From positions 20,942,642 to 21,006,641 of the forward strand of contig CP154954.1 of NCBI GenBank assembly GCA_039621445.1: DNA of 64,000 nt, read 5' to 3'. The notes below the pieces were generated by a model. The model made no database searches and was not told where the DNA came from. It saw only the letters and a program-made list of their open reading frames with translations. The stretch comes from Euglena gracilis. Lineage: Eukaryota. Positions 1 to 64,000 of the stretch are shown in pieces. Each line of letters opens with the position of its first letter. Within the stretch, counting starts at the first letter, position 1. Position numbers and translations under genes: made by a program.

Positions 1-389
1 AAATTCCCAACATGGAGAGGCATAACAGAATGGTGCTCCGGCCGTCTCAAACTTCAAAAATTTGCTTCCATCATTGCTCTGACCCTGGAATGCGCCAAAC
101 GCCATATCCGGGCACAGTTTTGATTCATCCAGGCGTGACCCAAAATGCATGGGTTTCAGGCCAAAAACGAGAGGCCGGGGGGGGGGTCGAAACACGCTCA
201 TTTTCGGCTCAAAAACAGTTCTACCGGGTGCAGGAGGCCCACACAAGATGGCTCTGGCCAAAAAAACTGTCGATTTTTTTGTTTGGGCCCCCCGGACCCA
301 TCAATTTTGTCGCCTGAACGCGTTTCAGAGGTCCAGTCGGGCTGCATTTCGTCCGCGCTCAGGATGGGCAGGTCCGCCTCCGTTGCCCC

Positions 390-43800
<43,411 letters not shown>

Positions 43801-44387
43801 CCCTGGCGGTAGATGGGAACCGCTTCGGGCGGCCCAGGGGAGTGCCTGCCCTGGATTTGCCTTTTGACTTCTCTTTCCTCGCGGTACTTTTTATCGGACT
43901 GCCTCCTCTCTCCCCTCTCCGCCCCCTACCCCCATAACCTCCACCCCCGGAGCTAGAGGTATGGCTTCGCCTCAGTGTACCGATATTTATGAGATTCCTG
44001 TGCTCGCGACGTCTCATCTCACTCTTTCTTGGGGCACAGAGGCGGCCTGGTGCTCTTTCTTCACCGCTTCCCATCATTTTGTACATTCCCCTTCCTTCCA
44101 CCTGCTGGTCACCAACCAAATCTCAATGTCTCTGAGTCACTTTCAAGTTCTTCTCAGCTCCTCAATTATATTGCGACCTCTGGTGGGTTTAATGATTATT
44201 TTGGTGCCACACCCCTTTGTCGCCACCCAGTTTTTGTTCTCCTTGCCTTGATTTCATTTGTCTGTCGATAGCAATCATCACCCTTACCAATAGTCGCAGG
44301 TCTGCTACTTGTGGGATCTTTCCTGGGAGGCTCTTCACCTTTGGGCTGCAGGAAATTCGACTGATTCAAGAGGATCCGAACACATCA

Positions 44388-44786
44388 TAAACCCTCCCCC
44401 CAAAACATACCCCCCTCCCAAATAACACCCCCCCCCCTCGGGGTCCGACTTCGGCGACCGACCCGGATTTTTATTTGAAAATGTCGGTAAAAATCAATGA
44501 AAATGTAGGTAAAAAACACAGTCACAATCTCCGACAACAAATTACAATAAAAATCGATTTTTTTATGGATCATCTGGCCTGCAAAAAAGCTTAATTTCAT
44601 GAGAAAGGACAAAAAATGACCCCAAAGGGAGGCTTTGGGTGTAATTTTGGGTCCTACGGAACTTGAAAAATTTGAAAAAATTTTGGGGTGCTGTTACCCC
44701 AAAATAATACCCCCCCTCAGGCCAGGACTTCGGGCGAGAAAAATAATACCCCGGGGGCATTATTTCATTATTTGGGTGAGGGTTTA
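44388..44786. mobile_element. TA-flanked MITE
   Basis: TAAACCCTCCCCCAAA / TTTGGGTGAGGGTTTA. Confidence 0.7.
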
Positions 44787-45234
44787 ATATGCCTGTCTAA
44801 TTATCTCTTCGAGAAATTGAGCTCACAGATTTCTTGATTGACCTTCAGAAGGCCAAATGATATCAAAAGAATTATGGACAGTTGTGGACATCAAGCGAAG
44901 ATGGAGCAACAACTTCTCGATGTGAAGTGGTAGATATGATTTGTTCTTGCAGAACTTCACCATTTTTTTTGCAATTTTTCTGCCGTGCAGTTTTTGATTT
45001 GCCCGTGTGCAGTTTTTGCCCCCCGCCTTGGATCAAGGTTATTGTTGTTGTGCAATACGATGAAACCTCAACTGCAGGCCATCAAGGTTGCGCCCAAAGT
45101 GGAAGTCATGCCCACGCCAGTCCCCCACCCCTCCGCACGAGGGTCCGCCTGGCCACCTGCGCCACAGGAGCCGCGCCACACCCTCTCCGCGCCTTTGGCT
45201 CGCCGCGTCGGAGCCAGTCGGAGGTGCCGGTCCG

Positions 45235-63995
<18,761 letters not shown>

Positions 63996-64000
63996 GTATT

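Noticed and set aside
45120-45234. Spliced-leader trans-splice acceptor (CCACAG at 45162-45167) upstream of NBS1
   Set aside because: Plausible for a euglenozoan, but several AGs are candidates and nothing in the DNA discriminates between them.

Overview
Eukaryotic, repeat-rich genomic DNA, most likely from a euglenid (inferred from intron type, not from a database search). It holds two + strand genes. Gene 1 (about 390-43800, 5' end probably outside the window) has roughly 50 small GC-rich exons that join into a long coiled-coil protein of about 1,800 aa. Most of its introns lack GT-AG ends. They follow the pattern exon|N3-CAG/CGG...CTG/CCG-N5|exon with base-paired ends, and this rule gave in-frame joins at more than 30 junctions traced by hand. 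Gene 2 (45235 to beyond 63995) is an NBS1/nibrin homolog (FHA-BRCT-BRCT, KxFxK motif) with mostly GT-AG introns, one GC-AG intron and at least one non-conventional intron. The main observation is that intron 469-740 is an intact CAG...CTG MITE with a perfect 8-bp target-site duplication (TSD). The 3+5 nt splice register removes exactly one TSD copy. Several other CAG...CTG elements with 8-bp TSDs sit inside introns, which points to hAT-like DNA transposons acting as intron generators. The rest is TA-flanked MITEs, larger TIR elements, microsatellites and a 2.4-kb (TATAC)n array. All coordinates were read manually and may be off by a few bases.
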